A stretch of 64,000 bases of DNA, taken from a virus (lineage: Duplodnaviria; Caudoviricetes). The stretch lies in the IMG/VR virus record IMGVR_UViG_3300010348_001841; one strand, 5' to 3'. The notes beneath the pieces were generated by a model that did no database searches, was not told where the DNA came from, and worked only from the letters and a program-made list of their open reading frames with translations. Shown here piece after piece: positions 48,706 through 59,502 of this stretch (the first letter of the stretch is position 1; each line of letters begins with the position of its first letter). Position numbers and translations under genes: made by a program.

Positions 48706-49218
48706 TTATTCTCCGTAAATTGCAGGCCAACCAGCATAGGAATTATACGATGCAGGATCCTGACTTGCTGACATTTCTTGCCTCTTCTGTTCTGCTACTC
48801 CGAATAAAATTGCATCTGAAGTAGCCGCTGCCATAAAAACCTGCATTGCCAGGGTTTGTGTCATTACCACAAATGCACCCGACATTGTTTTCCAATTGAG
48901 ATTCTGTGGCAAATTGGCTCCCATCATTACCAGGGCGATTTGTTGAATCCGTGATGTTGTGTCAGAATGAAACCAATAATCAGTTCCATTCACATTTATT
49001 TTATATCCGCCATCAAGTTTACGGCGATCTCTCTCATTCTTTATCTCTTCCCATTTTATAAATCGTGTTTCTTCAAGAATTAGAGTATCTAGGTCTTGTT
49101 GAGAGGGTAACTGACCACCAGATATAACGTCTATATTTTCATAAATAGATCCATTGCCCGGAGCACTGAATGCAATTTCTGGGTAATATTTTGATAATAC
49201 ATCAACATATGTAATCAT
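48706..49218 (-). CDS. DUF4376-like tail fibre assembly protein
   Basis: IKNERDRR..WFHSD..WKTMSGAFV. Confidence 0.7.
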   Translation of the reverse strand: MITYVDVLSKYYPEIAFSAPGNGSIYENIDVISGGQLPSQQDLDTLILEETRFIKWEEIKNERDRRKLDGGYKINVNGTDYWFHSDTTSRIQQIALVMMGANLPQNLNWKTMSGAFVVMTQTLAMQVFMAAATSDAILFGVAEQKRQEMSASQDPASYNSYAGWPAIYGE

Positions 49219-49973
49219 AACAGGATCTCCTGAATAACATAGGTTCCGGAATTAGTTGTCGATCCGAAGGCCTGGCCGGTGACGCCTTGGCAGTAGAAGA
49301 CCGTGACTGCTGAATTAGGTCCAGCCCTAAAAGAATATGTTCTGGTTGTTGTTGATCCACTTGGAGCGGTTACTACCATACAGTAATTGTTACCATCACC
49401 TGTATCTGTTGTGAATCCTAGCATCTGTGATCCAATATTTGTTGTTCCTGAAAATATTGCACCCGAAGTAAACACATTGCTTGCAGAGTTCACGGTAAAA
49501 AATGAACTTACGGTAATAACAATTGTGCTATCAGCAGAAATAGGTGTAAACGATTGAGACCACAATTGAACACCTTCTGTACTTAATGGTGTTGTGTTGT
49601 CAAAGGGTATCTGCAGATTCGAAGATGTTGACGAAATAGTACCGACGACAGTCTGCAGAACTTTTCCTGTTGCTAACCATGCTGTACCATTATAGTATTC
49701 AAGGGCCGATAGGGTAGAATTGAATCGTGTCATGCCGGCGGCTGGCGAACCAGGGCGCTGCGCGGTAGTTCCAATGGGAAGTGTAAGTGATGCAGTGCCG
49801 GGTGCTATAAGATTATCGGCAAGCCCAACGGTTAATGATGGCAACGAACCTGTCACTGATGTTTGATTTGCGACACCAGAAACGGCATTAATGCCAGTTG
49901 TGGCTGTGAGGACAAGTACACCATTTACATCAGGTGTATCAAGAAAAGATAATGAACCAAGGACTTCTGCCAT
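49215..49973 (-). CDS. virion fibre protein
   Basis: PIGTTAQRP..GMTRFNST..EYYNGTAW module. Confidence 0.7.
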   Translation of the reverse strand: MAEVLGSLSFLDTPDVNGVLVLTATTGINAVSGVANQTSVTGSLPSLTVGLADNLIAPGTASLTLPIGTTAQRPGSPAAGMTRFNSTLSALEYYNGTAWLATGKVLQTVVGTISSTSSNLQIPFDNTTPLSTEGVQLWSQSFTPISADSTIVITVSSFFTVNSASNVFTSGAIFSGTTNIGSQMLGFTTDTGDGNNYCMVVTAPSGSTTTRTYSFRAGPNSAVTVFYCQGVTGQAFGSTTNSGTYVIQEILL

Positions 49974-49974
49974 A

Positions 49975-50688
49975 TTATTGTACCGGCCTTATATTTGAGT
50001 TTGCTATGGTGCTTGCATAATTGTATGTCAATGCTGTTCCTGCACCAGTATTTAGTAATGTATTTCCGTTGCCACTTACATCAGCACAAGAAACAACTGT
50101 TGAACCTTGTGCTAATTCATCAAATTCATATGATGCTAGAAGCCCATACGTGATTCCGTGACGGGCACCAAATGCAAGATATATAGATTGAATTTCTGGC
50201 TGTGTCAGTGCTCTTCCATAGTATCCATACCAATCTACCTGATATGCGGTTGTTTCATTTGTGGTTCCAGTAGGTGGATAACCATTTATATATACCTGTG
50301 TGAATGCATTTTCATTTACGGGTGCAACTACTGATGTCGCCAATAATGTATCATTTCTATATATCCTGCTTGTTGTTCCATCAAAGGTATATGTAACAAG
50401 AATCCATGTATTATCATAAGCGCCCATTGTGGCAGGACTATTCACGATAACAGAACCACCATACGTCCAAATAGATAAAATGTTTGCTCCGCGGGCGCCT
50501 ATCTGAAGCCCGACAGTCGGTGTGCCCGTCTCCGGAACACCATCATAGAGTCCGACGAAACTATAGGTATTTCCACTTGACCATACCGCATTTATCCATA
50601 CCGATATTGAATACGGAAGACCTGCAGACCTGAAATTTGTTCCGGTGCAATATAAATGACGATTTGATGCATTACACTGTATTGCCAT
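49975..50688 (-). CDS. LamG-like lectin protein
   Basis: SISVWI..VTYTFDGTT..YGRALTQPEI. Confidence 0.75.
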   Translation of the reverse strand: MAIQCNASNRHLYCTGTNFRSAGLPYSISVWINAVWSSGNTYSFVGLYDGVPETGTPTVGLQIGARGANILSIWTYGGSVIVNSPATMGAYDNTWILVTYTFDGTTSRIYRNDTLLATSVVAPVNENAFTQVYINGYPPTGTTNETTAYQVDWYGYYGRALTQPEIQSIYLAFGARHGITYGLLASYEFDELAQGSTVVSCADVSGNGNTLLNTGAGTALTYNYASTIANSNIRPVQ

Positions 50689-51863
50689 TATGAAAATTCC
50701 ACTGTTAATTCAACCATTAAGAAATTGGCCGCCAAGTTTGTGCCGGTAACACCAGAAACTCTTCTTGTAAGTTCAAATTGATATGTATTACCGGCAGTTA
50801 ATCCAGCTGATGCCAATGTACTCGATGTCTGATAATATTGAAAATTAGCATTTGTAGGTATCGAGATGTTTGCCAATTCGGTGGCAGCCGACCATGCACC
50901 TACTGCTGCATTATTGGGTATTAATCTTGAATATATACGCGGCTGAACTACTGATGCAACGCCAGGCGCTGTTTGCGCTCTGCCTCGAATTTTATAGGTA
51001 ACCGTGGTTGCACCTGTAGGAATTGAAACCATAAAACCAACACCTTGTTCGACTGTGTTACTAAACAAACGAACATTCAGCGATGCATATGTAGGATCTG
51101 TCGCTACAGGTGCAATGGCATTTATTGCGAAATCCGAATTTGTCGGTGTGTCTAACGAATTTGCAAAATAAGTGAAGCGCGAACCAATTGTAATATTTGT
51201 TGTACCCGACCCTGCATCAACTACACCAACTGCTTGACCGGAAAAGTTTAGTTTTGTTGCTGCGGCCGAAATTGTTACACCATCTTTAGCGGTAATAACC
51301 GATGATGGGGTTGATCCACCAGCGACAATCGACTGCCCATTAGCAATAACGACAACCTTTAATGTCCTGGTATTACCAGTGACTGTAATTCTTACTGTGT
51401 TTGCATCTGTGGTTACGACATTATTTGCGGTCACAATTGCATTCGTGTTCGTATCCCACAGTGTCACTACGACATTTGTGGTACCTAAATTATGTACGAA
51501 ATCAGCCCTGTATGAACTACCGGAAATTAATGTCCAGGCAGTTCCGCCGCCGCTCGGAGAAACACCAATGTTACCGGCAGCATTTGCACCCATAACATTT
51601 GTGTTTACCCAATTTGTTCCATTATATGCAACAACCTGGGAAGCGGTCGGCGATGTTAGTACAACCGGTAGAAAATTTACCCATGTTGATTGATAAAATT
51701 CAATCTGTGCGGTTGTAGAATTATATCTTAGAAGTCCGGTAACAGGTGAACCCGGTCTCTGCCCGGTCGAGCCGGTAGGTAATACTAAACCACCTGTTCC
51801 CCCTATTGTTAAAGAGGATGTGGTGATTGGCGTAATTGTTTCAAGGCTGGTATCAAAATCCAT
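50688..51863 (-). CDS. virion fibre protein (MDFD family)
   Basis: N-terminus paralogous to 51955 and 54602; HNLGT motif. Confidence 0.7.
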   Translation of the reverse strand: MDFDTSLETITPITTSSLTIGGTGGLVLPTGSTGQRPGSPVTGLLRYNSTTAQIEFYQSTWVNFLPVVLTSPTASQVVAYNGTNWVNTNVMGANAAGNIGVSPSGGGTAWTLISGSSYRADFVHNLGTTNVVVTLWDTNTNAIVTANNVVTTDANTVRITVTGNTRTLKVVVIANGQSIVAGGSTPSSVITAKDGVTISAAATKLNFSGQAVGVVDAGSGTTNITIGSRFTYFANSLDTPTNSDFAINAIAPVATDPTYASLNVRLFSNTVEQGVGFMVSIPTGATTVTYKIRGRAQTAPGVASVVQPRIYSRLIPNNAAVGAWSAATELANISIPTNANFQYYQTSSTLASAGLTAGNTYQFELTRRVSGVTGTNLAANFLMVELTVEFS

Positions 51864-51915
51864 TAGATAACCTTCTGCTAATTACACTATTTATCACATT
51901 CCATATATAAAGAGA

Positions 51916-51939
51916 AAAGCCCGGAATTTTCCGGGCTTT
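51916..51939. terminator. intrinsic terminator
   Basis: AAAGCCCGGAA-TT-TTCCGGGCTTT. Confidence 0.75.
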
Positions 51940-51954
51940 ATTGGTAATTAGATA

Positions 51955-54507
51955 TTAGTTGGTTACCTGAGTCAAATAGCAGGTTGCAACCCAGCGATAG
52001 GTTTGTGCATTGTTACCTGTAACACGAACCCTTAATGATCCATTTGTTGTATCATTACCAACTACAGGATCATTGCCTGCAACAATACTACCGATACGTG
52101 CGACAGTAGTTTTGGATGTTCCAGAAATTGTTGTAGTTCCTGCTGTTGCATCTTTGTAGATCAATCCTTGGAAAATCCACGAACCAAGACTGCCGGTTGC
52201 GTCAGTTCTACGAGCAACAATCTTTAATGTGAATGTCCAGGCAGAGTTATTAGGAAGAACGAGCCTTTGTGTTGCACCAGTACCATCAAGGAACAATTCA
52301 GTCTGTGTGTTATTGGTTGTGGTATTTCGAAGAACACCAATGACCTCTTGTGCATCACCGGCAGTGGCGGTATTACCGTTTGCAATTGCCTTTGTGCCGA
52401 AAATATTTGCACTGGTGCCTTGACCTAAACCAATTGCGTTCGTGCCGCTGGCTGCTGATCCATTTCCGATAGCCACAGCGTTTGTACCTGTAGCCGATGG
52501 GGTAGTTGGTGTAGATGGATTTTCTCTATATAATGAAAGTCCACCATTAGTTAATGTTACCCATGTTGGTGCTGCGGCACCATTAGATTGTAGATATTGC
52601 CCGGAAGTTCCAGCAGCAGTGATAGCCATTGCTGTACCTGAACTGTATACCACACCTCCATTTACCGCTGTTAAACTAGCATTTGTTCCACCATTTGCAA
52701 GTGCAAGTGTACCTGCGACAGTCACTGCACCTGTTGTTGCGGTGTTTGGTGTTAAACCTGTGGTTCCAAAAGAAATGCTTGTTACACCGGCATTTGCAAC
52801 AGTAATTGAGCCAGAACCGTTGGTAATAGTAATACCTGAACCTTGTGTAAGGGTAGTTCTTGTAAATCCAGTTCCATTACCAATATCAATCTGACCGTTT
52901 GTTGGTGTACTTGTTAGTCCAGTTCCACCGTTTGCTACAGCAAGTGTTCCAGCAAGTGTGATTGCACCCGAAGTTGCGGCTGCTGGGGTAAGACCGGTAG
53001 TTCCGCCTGCAAAAGTAGTAACTGCTACAGATGAAAGTGCTGTCGGTGCATATGATGTACCTGCGGTCGAGTATAAGAATTGTCCGGCCGATGGTGCTGT
53101 TGTTGTGCCCGAACCGCCCAGTGTTGCAGAAACAGGACTTGTAAGTGAAAATTGATTGCCTGTGAGTGTTAGGCCAGTTCCTGCTGTATAGGATCCCGAA
53201 CCTGAGAATTGTGCCCAAACAATGTTTGTTGAACCAATAGTTATAGGTGCGGCAGTTGTTTGTGTCCAACCTGTATCAGCATTTGCTGTACCTTGATCGA
53301 CATAAACAGATGCACCAACTAATTCTGTGCCGGTGTCAGCATCACTGGAACGAACAGGGGCGCCCGAGGCTTGAACAATATAGATACCGTTTTCAGTCGG
53401 TGTTGTCTGATTCTTAATAAGAATTCTATCGCCTGTTGCAAGTGTCACGCCGTCGATTGTCTGGCCATTTGCAAATGCTGTAGCAAGAGTTCCGTTGGTA
53501 GTAGTTGCTGCACGAACAGCCTGTTTCCAAGATAGGCCTGCGATAGCCGCATCCACATAATTTTTTGTGGCCGCATCAGTGCCTGCCGATGGTGTATTAG
53601 AAATTGTAACACTGGCAAATGTAGGCGATGAGGATGTTGCAATATTCTGTGGCAAAGATAATGTTACCGCGCCTGTTGATGCTGAAACGTTTACTTGGTT
53701 TGCAGTACCTGTCAACGATGTTACGCCGGTGTTAGTAATTGTGACTGCGCCGGTTGCACCAGATACCGAAATACCTGTGCCTGCTACATTGCTTGTTACA
53801 CCTGTATTATTAATCTGAAATGTGCCAGAACCTGTAGTAGTCGAAATACCAGTGCCCGAGGTAACTGTGAAAGGTACATATGTGCCACCAGTCTGACCGA
53901 CAAGTAATTGACCAGCCGTAGGCGCGGTAGTTGTTCCTGTGCCGCCCGATGTGGCACCTAATGTACCTGCTAATGTTATTGCACCCGTTGTCGCCGTGGA
54001 AGGCGTCAGTCCCGATAATGAAGTCTGAAATGATGTTACAGAAACACCTGATAATGTTCCCCACGAAGGTGCTGAACCTGTTGTGGCAATAAGGACTTGA
54101 CCGGTAGTTCCTGCGGCAGTCGATCCTACTGCACTTGTACTGTTACCATACAGAACTCCATTTTGTGTTAGTGTTGTTGCACCTGTACCACCGTTTGCTA
54201 CAGCAAGCGTTCCTGTTAATGTTAGAGTACCACTTGTTGTAATTGGACCACCACTAAATGTTAGTCCTGTAGTACCACCAGACGCATTCACAGAAGTTAC
54301 AGATCCACCAAAATTAGACCAGGCAGACCCATTATAATACTCCATTTGTGTGGCGGTTGTATTCCAACGCATAGCACCGGCGGCAAGGCCCGATACCGGC
54401 TGCTGGCCTGTAGTGCCTGATGGTAACTCAAGGGCACCTGTACCACCAATTGTAAGTATATTCGTACTGTCCGGTGTTATCGTTTCCGTGGTAAAATCAA
54501 AATCCAT
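51955..54507 (-). CDS. virion fibre protein with YadA-like head repeats
   Basis: T/G-rich; NAVAIG repeats; C-terminal RVTG..RWVA. Confidence 0.75.
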   Translation of the reverse strand: MDFDFTTETITPDSTNILTIGGTGALELPSGTTGQQPVSGLAAGAMRWNTTATQMEYYNGSAWSNFGGSVTSVNASGGTTGLTFSGGPITTSGTLTLTGTLAVANGGTGATTLTQNGVLYGNSTSAVGSTAAGTTGQVLIATTGSAPSWGTLSGVSVTSFQTSLSGLTPSTATTGAITLAGTLGATSGGTGTTTAPTAGQLLVGQTGGTYVPFTVTSGTGISTTTGSGTFQINNTGVTSNVAGTGISVSGATGAVTITNTGVTSLTGTANQVNVSASTGAVTLSLPQNIATSSSPTFASVTISNTPSAGTDAATKNYVDAAIAGLSWKQAVRAATTTNGTLATAFANGQTIDGVTLATGDRILIKNQTTPTENGIYIVQASGAPVRSSDADTGTELVGASVYVDQGTANADTGWTQTTAAPITIGSTNIVWAQFSGSGSYTAGTGLTLTGNQFSLTSPVSATLGGSGTTTAPSAGQFLYSTAGTSYAPTALSSVAVTTFAGGTTGLTPAAATSGAITLAGTLAVANGGTGLTSTPTNGQIDIGNGTGFTRTTLTQGSGITITNGSGSITVANAGVTSISFGTTGLTPNTATTGAVTVAGTLALANGGTNASLTAVNGGVVYSSGTAMAITAAGTSGQYLQSNGAAAPTWVTLTNGGLSLYRENPSTPTTPSATGTNAVAIGNGSAASGTNAIGLGQGTSANIFGTKAIANGNTATAGDAQEVIGVLRNTTTNNTQTELFLDGTGATQRLVLPNNSAWTFTLKIVARRTDATGSLGSWIFQGLIYKDATAGTTTISGTSKTTVARIGSIVAGNDPVVGNDTTNGSLRVRVTGNNAQTYRWVATCYLTQVTN

Positions 54508-54561
54508 AATTTATTGTCCTCTATGCAAAATTCTTATTTCTATTATTTATGCACATTAATA

Positions 54562-54587
54562 AAAATACCCGGCTTGCCGGGTATTTT
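54562..54587. terminator. intrinsic terminator
   Basis: AAAATACCCGG-CTTG-CCGGGTATTTT. Confidence 0.75.
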
Positions 54588-54601
54588 CAGTGTAGTTATA
54601 A

Positions 54602-57265
54602 TTAGTTAGTTACTTCTGTTGTCTGTACTGTTGCAACCCAACGAATTGTTTTAGCATTTTCGCCAGTTACACGAACACGGAATGCACCAGTTGCGGTATC
54701 AACTGATACTGCGGCATCCCATGCTGCATTTGTTTCTCCAAGAACTGTCTTTGAAGGTGTTCCCACAAAAGTAACAGATCCTGCAGTTGCATCCTTCTTT
54801 ACAACACCAACAAAGCGATAACCTGCGCCACCGCCAGTTGCATCTGTACGACGACCTGCAACAAGAATATCAAAGGTAAACAATGCGTTATCTGGAACAA
54901 CAATTTGCTCTGACGTACCATTAATAAACAATTCAGTTAGGACGTTTGTAGTTGTTGTATTTCTTACAACATAAACACCGTGCTGGGCAGAACCAGGAGT
55001 TGTGCTGAATTGGCCATTTGCATATGCCTTCATTCCGGTAATTCTTGCATCTGTTCCATTGCCTACTGCAAAACCATCAGTAGCTGATGCTTGTGATGCA
55101 CTGCCAATTGCTACGGCATTATTGCCGGTTGCGACAGGTGTGGTTGGTGTAACTGCATTTTCGGTATATAGCTGAAGTGCGCCCGACAGGTCATTGAACA
55201 CCAAGCCACGGAATGTTGGTTGTGCTGCTCCACCAGATGCAGGACCTGCAAATACTAGATTAGCAGATTGTGTATTTAAGGTAATTGTGGCAGCTACAGA
55301 ACCAGTTGTAGTTGTGGTAGGTGTTACTGTGTAGATTGGTGTTGTTGAATTGTCATTCAACGAGAATCCAGTTACACCAGTGTTCGCAATTGTTAGAACG
55401 TTTGCACCTGGTGTTACAGAAATGCCAGCACCGGCCGAAACTGTCTTGTATTCAAGTCCTGTAGCACCTGTATTGACTGCTAAGAATTGGTTAGCTGTTC
55501 CGATGGATGTTAGTCCTGTACCACCATTTGTTGTTGCAAGAGTTCCGGCAAGTGTTACCGCACCTGTTGTGGCAGTGTTTGGTGTCAATCCTGTTGTGCC
55601 TGCGTTGAAACTTGTAACTACTTCGGTGTTATCGATATCAATTGTGATTGATCCAGCACCATTTGTTACTGTAATACCTGTGCCGCCAGTGACTGTTCCA
55701 GCAACTGGAGGGTTTCCTGTAGAACCAATAAGAATCTGACCGTTTGTTAGCGCACCGGTTGATGTTACAAGACCACCTGTACCAGCATATAGAGCACCAT
55801 TAGGTGTTAGAGTATCAACAGTCAACGATGTTGTTACTTCAACCGAACCTGGAGCAATAAATGTCGATGGAACACTTAATGTTACTGCGCCTGTCGAAGC
55901 TGAGACAGAAACTTGATTAGCTGTGCCAGTTAATGAGGTTACGCCTGTATTCGAAATAGTAATCGAGCCGGCACCATTGGCTACAGAAATACCAGTTCCT
56001 GTGCTTAGAGTTGCTAGTGTGTAATCAACACCGTTACCAATTAGAATCTGTCCATTTGTTGGTGTAGATGTTGTGCCTGTACCACCATTTGTTGGAGAAA
56101 CAGGTGTAGTTAGGGAAAACTGATTACCAGTTAGTGTAAGTCCGTTTCCTGCTGTATATGCACCTGCACCTGCAAATTGCACGAATTGCAATGGGTCTGT
56201 GCCTAATGTCTGCACATCGTCAATCTGTACCCATGCTGTATCAGCATTTGCTGTACCCTGCTCAACGAATACGGCAGCGCCGTTAATTTCGTTAATCGGT
56301 GTTGTTGAATCCATGTCTGTGGATCTTGTTGGGGCACCAGAAACATTAACAGTATAGATACCATTTTCTGATTGAGTTGTTTGGTTCTTAATAAGGATAC
56401 GCATGCCGGTTACTAATGTAACACCGTCAATGACATCTCCATTTTCAAACGATGTGGCAAGAGTTCCAGGGCCAGTTGTGGCAGCGACCACAGACTGTTT
56501 CCATGAAAGTCCATTTGCAAGAGCATCGGCATAATCTTTGTTAACTGCATCGCTGCCATTAACAGGAGCAGCAAGACCAGTTACAGTGTTTGTGCCACCC
56601 ATATTTAGGTCACCGGTCATTGTATCGCCGGCTACGTTTACGTAGACGCTGTCAACAAGTGAAGTGATATCCGATTGAACTACTGCCGTATTTCCTGTTA
56701 CACGACCAAAACCATCTAATGTAACCTTAACAAAATTACCTGTATTTGCTTGCGTGACCGATGCAAGATCGATAGTTGGATCTGCTGCAATACCATCACC
56801 GTTTGTTACTGAAATATTTCCAGATGTGCCCTGAATTGTTCTTGAAGCCCATGTATTTGTGCCTGTAGCCACAAGAACACCAGTTGTGTTGAAAGTGCCT
56901 AATGCTTGTAGACCGGCATCAAGCGTAAAGGTGAAAGTGCCCGCAGATGTGATTGGGGAACCAGTGACTGTTAGGCTTGATGAATTCGAAACTGCTGCAA
57001 CAGATGTAACAGTGCTTGAAGATGTGGAAAGTGGTGACCATAGTGTACCGTTCCAGTATTCCAACAATGTTGTTTCTGTGTTATAGCGGAACATACCTGT
57101 ATCAGGTGTGCCTGGTTGTTCAGCAGTAGTTCCCTTAGGTACGGTAATAGCACCATTACCGATGACAGTTAAGACACCTGCTGTGCCACCCAATGGTGGT
57201 AAGGTTGTTACATCAAGGGTTTGAAGTCCACCAAAAATCGCACCCGTATCAAAATTGAAATCCAT
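54602..57265 (-). CDS. virion fibre protein, paralog of 51955-54507
   Basis: Same N- and C-terminal modules. Confidence 0.75.
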   Translation of the reverse strand: MDFNFDTGAIFGGLQTLDVTTLPPLGGTAGVLTVIGNGAITVPKGTTAEQPGTPDTGMFRYNTETTLLEYWNGTLWSPLSTSSSTVTSVAAVSNSSSLTVTGSPITSAGTFTFTLDAGLQALGTFNTTGVLVATGTNTWASRTIQGTSGNISVTNGDGIAADPTIDLASVTQANTGNFVKVTLDGFGRVTGNTAVVQSDITSLVDSVYVNVAGDTMTGDLNMGGTNTVTGLAAPVNGSDAVNKDYADALANGLSWKQSVVAATTGPGTLATSFENGDVIDGVTLVTGMRILIKNQTTQSENGIYTVNVSGAPTRSTDMDSTTPINEINGAAVFVEQGTANADTAWVQIDDVQTLGTDPLQFVQFAGAGAYTAGNGLTLTGNQFSLTTPVSPTNGGTGTTSTPTNGQILIGNGVDYTLATLSTGTGISVANGAGSITISNTGVTSLTGTANQVSVSASTGAVTLSVPSTFIAPGSVEVTTSLTVDTLTPNGALYAGTGGLVTSTGALTNGQILIGSTGNPPVAGTVTGGTGITVTNGAGSITIDIDNTEVVTSFNAGTTGLTPNTATTGAVTLAGTLATTNGGTGLTSIGTANQFLAVNTGATGLEYKTVSAGAGISVTPGANVLTIANTGVTGFSLNDNSTTPIYTVTPTTTTTGSVAATITLNTQSANLVFAGPASGGAAQPTFRGLVFNDLSGALQLYTENAVTPTTPVATGNNAVAIGSASQASATDGFAVGNGTDARITGMKAYANGQFSTTPGSAQHGVYVVRNTTTTNVLTELFINGTSEQIVVPDNALFTFDILVAGRRTDATGGGAGYRFVGVVKKDATAGSVTFVGTPSKTVLGETNAAWDAAVSVDTATGAFRVRVTGENAKTIRWVATVQTTEVTN

Positions 57266-57279
57266 TTATAATTGTTCCT

Positions 57280-58461
57280 TTAGTTTGTGACTTCGACTGT
57301 CTCGACCAATGCGACCCATCGTATAATTTTGCCATTTTCGCCCGTCACAGAAATTTTTAGCGAACCATTTATGGCATCTGCAGATATATTTATATCCCAA
57401 CTTGGATTAGATTCAGCTAACACCGTCTTTTGAATCGATCCCTGAATTCCTGTAGTAGAAACACCAGATCCACGATAGATCACGCCTGCTGCTGTATACC
57501 CTGCATGACCGTCACCTAGATCTGTTCTGTGTGCTGTGACTGTGATCTTGAAAGTCCAGGTTGAATTATCCGGTAATACTACTCTAACCGAACCGCCCGT
57601 ACCATCAACAAAAAGTTCTTGTGGGGCATTATTAATTGTTGTGCCCCTAACCATATAACGACCTACTTGTGCATCGCCGTTATTCGAAAATCTGCCACTT
57701 GCTTGTACAACTCCGCCTGGAATTCTAGCCAGAGATTGAAGACCGATGGCTAAAGAATTATTTGCCCCCGTCTGAGTTTCTGCGCCAGAACCAATGGCAA
57801 CAGAATCAAGGGCTTGTGCTACGGGTGCGGTAAAACCATTAACCTTTTCACTATAAAGATTAGGTTTTGTTGCAATTACATTCCAACTTGAACCGTTATA
57901 TCTATAGATTGCATTCCCATTTGTGACTGCCTGGTCAATATAGATAGCGCCTAGTGATGCTACGCCAACCGGTGCCCCAGTACCTTCTTGCATACTAGGC
58001 GCGCCGCCGGCGTTAATTACTTGTAGTTGATTTGTAACATTTCCAAGGCCGGCTTGTGCAGGCGTAATAGAAATTGGTGCATTTGTTGCTGAGGTTATCT
58101 GGCCTTTAGAATTTACAGTGAAAGCGCCGACAATTGATGAGGAACCGTATGTTCCTGCAATTACCCCAGTTGGAGAAATAGTTGTTGTTACAGGAGATAA
58201 ACCGCTGCCTGTAACATCGCCTATAAGTGTTATCGATCCTGCTGATGGATTCTGCCAAGATAAAATTCCGGCGCCATTTGTTGTCAGCACTTGGCCAGAA
58301 GTTCCAGATGTTATTGGATAACTATTTCCTGTAATTACTACAGGATTACCGCCGTTGCTTATTGGAAAATTATTTGTATTTAGTGGACCACCGAGTGAGG
58401 GCGAGGTATCATCTACGACAAGAGTATTATGTGCTAATAACGAACTGACTTTGATAACCAT
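57280..58461 (-). CDS. virion fibre protein, shares C-terminal domain with the two preceding genes
   Basis: ELFVDG..PDNSTWTF..RWVALVETVEVTN. Confidence 0.75.
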   Translation of the reverse strand: MVIKVSSLLAHNTLVVDDTSPSLGGPLNTNNFPISNGGNPVVITGNSYPITSGTSGQVLTTNGAGILSWQNPSAGSITLIGDVTGSGLSPVTTTISPTGVIAGTYGSSSIVGAFTVNSKGQITSATNAPISITPAQAGLGNVTNQLQVINAGGAPSMQEGTGAPVGVASLGAIYIDQAVTNGNAIYRYNGSSWNVIATKPNLYSEKVNGFTAPVAQALDSVAIGSGAETQTGANNSLAIGLQSLARIPGGVVQASGRFSNNGDAQVGRYMVRGTTINNAPQELFVDGTGGSVRVVLPDNSTWTFKITVTAHRTDLGDGHAGYTAAGVIYRGSGVSTTGIQGSIQKTVLAESNPSWDINISADAINGSLKISVTGENGKIIRWVALVETVEVTN

Positions 58462-58528
58462 AATGAATTCCCGTTACCCCGGTGTTTTCATTATTTATCA
58501 CATTTTCAATAATTTATAACCAAGGAGT

Positions 58529-59407
58529 TTATACCAATGGAACACCTCTCCAGGCCCCATTTATGTAGATATATAATGTGGACTCCGAGGTGTCAACGTA
58601 CATCGGTACCATACCGGGTATGGAATCGGGAGTACCAGATGGTGCGCCACCGGTAGATGCTGGTATATATATAAATCCGGCAGTCGAGGAATTTGTTATT
58701 GTCTGACTACCTACTGCCACACTTCCGTTTGCTGAAGTTAGAAATAAATTGGTATCGCCATCAACTGTAAGTGTTTGCCCAATCTCTGAAGAAATAAGAC
58801 CGGGGACCGCTGTTCCTAGAGTTAGTGTTGACGTAATAGAATCATAGACAAAATTTGCACTCGATGTAACAGTTCCGGGCGATGTATCACCAAACACAAC
58901 TTGTGTAGGGCTCACTGGCAACGGACCCGAACCACCACCTCCCATAATTCTCCATGTTGATGGTGCAACACATTCATATATAACTGTCGGCCCCACTACT
59001 CGCTGACCTGGTTGAATTGTAGGATATGCTGCATTCAGCTGTGGAACTGTCAGGGCATCATTTGCGGTAAAGTCAAGAGTAAATGGATAATATTCAAGAA
59101 CATTTAGTGCAGAAGCACCGATATACATTCCAACATCCGGGGTCACTAGGCCTGACGGCCATGCAGCATTATTGATGAGTAGGACACCACCCGACGATAC
59201 TGCAAGTTCAAGATTTCCGCCTGTGCCGGGAATAACATTTAGATCAATACCGGTAGGTGTAGTTATATTTCCTGCTGCAAGAGGGTCGTCACCGATATTC
59301 AATTGTCTTGAAACATTTGCTTGTCCGATAATACTAAAGTCCACAAATAAAGTGGGATCTGTAGCAGTATATCTAATTACACCATCTTGAACTTTTACTT
59401 TTTGCAT
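58529..59407 (-). CDS. virion structural protein
   Basis: GATAAATA upstream; C-terminal GFIYIP..LYIYINGAW. Confidence 0.6.
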   Translation of the reverse strand: MQKVKVQDGVIRYTATDPTLFVDFSIIGQANVSRQLNIGDDPLAAGNITTPTGIDLNVIPGTGGNLELAVSSGGVLLINNAAWPSGLVTPDVGMYIGASALNVLEYYPFTLDFTANDALTVPQLNAAYPTIQPGQRVVGPTVIYECVAPSTWRIMGGGGSGPLPVSPTQVVFGDTSPGTVTSSANFVYDSITSTLTLGTAVPGLISSEIGQTLTVDGDTNLFLTSANGSVAVGSQTITNSSTAGFIYIPASTGGAPSGTPDSIPGMVPMYVDTSESTLYIYINGAWRGVPLV

Positions 59408-59502
59408 AGAAGTACCTACCGTTTTCTATATTTATCAGAATTTTATAAAGTGCGATAGGCAATAAAATTCTAATAAATATGTAATAGAACTTCAGACTTA
59501 TT

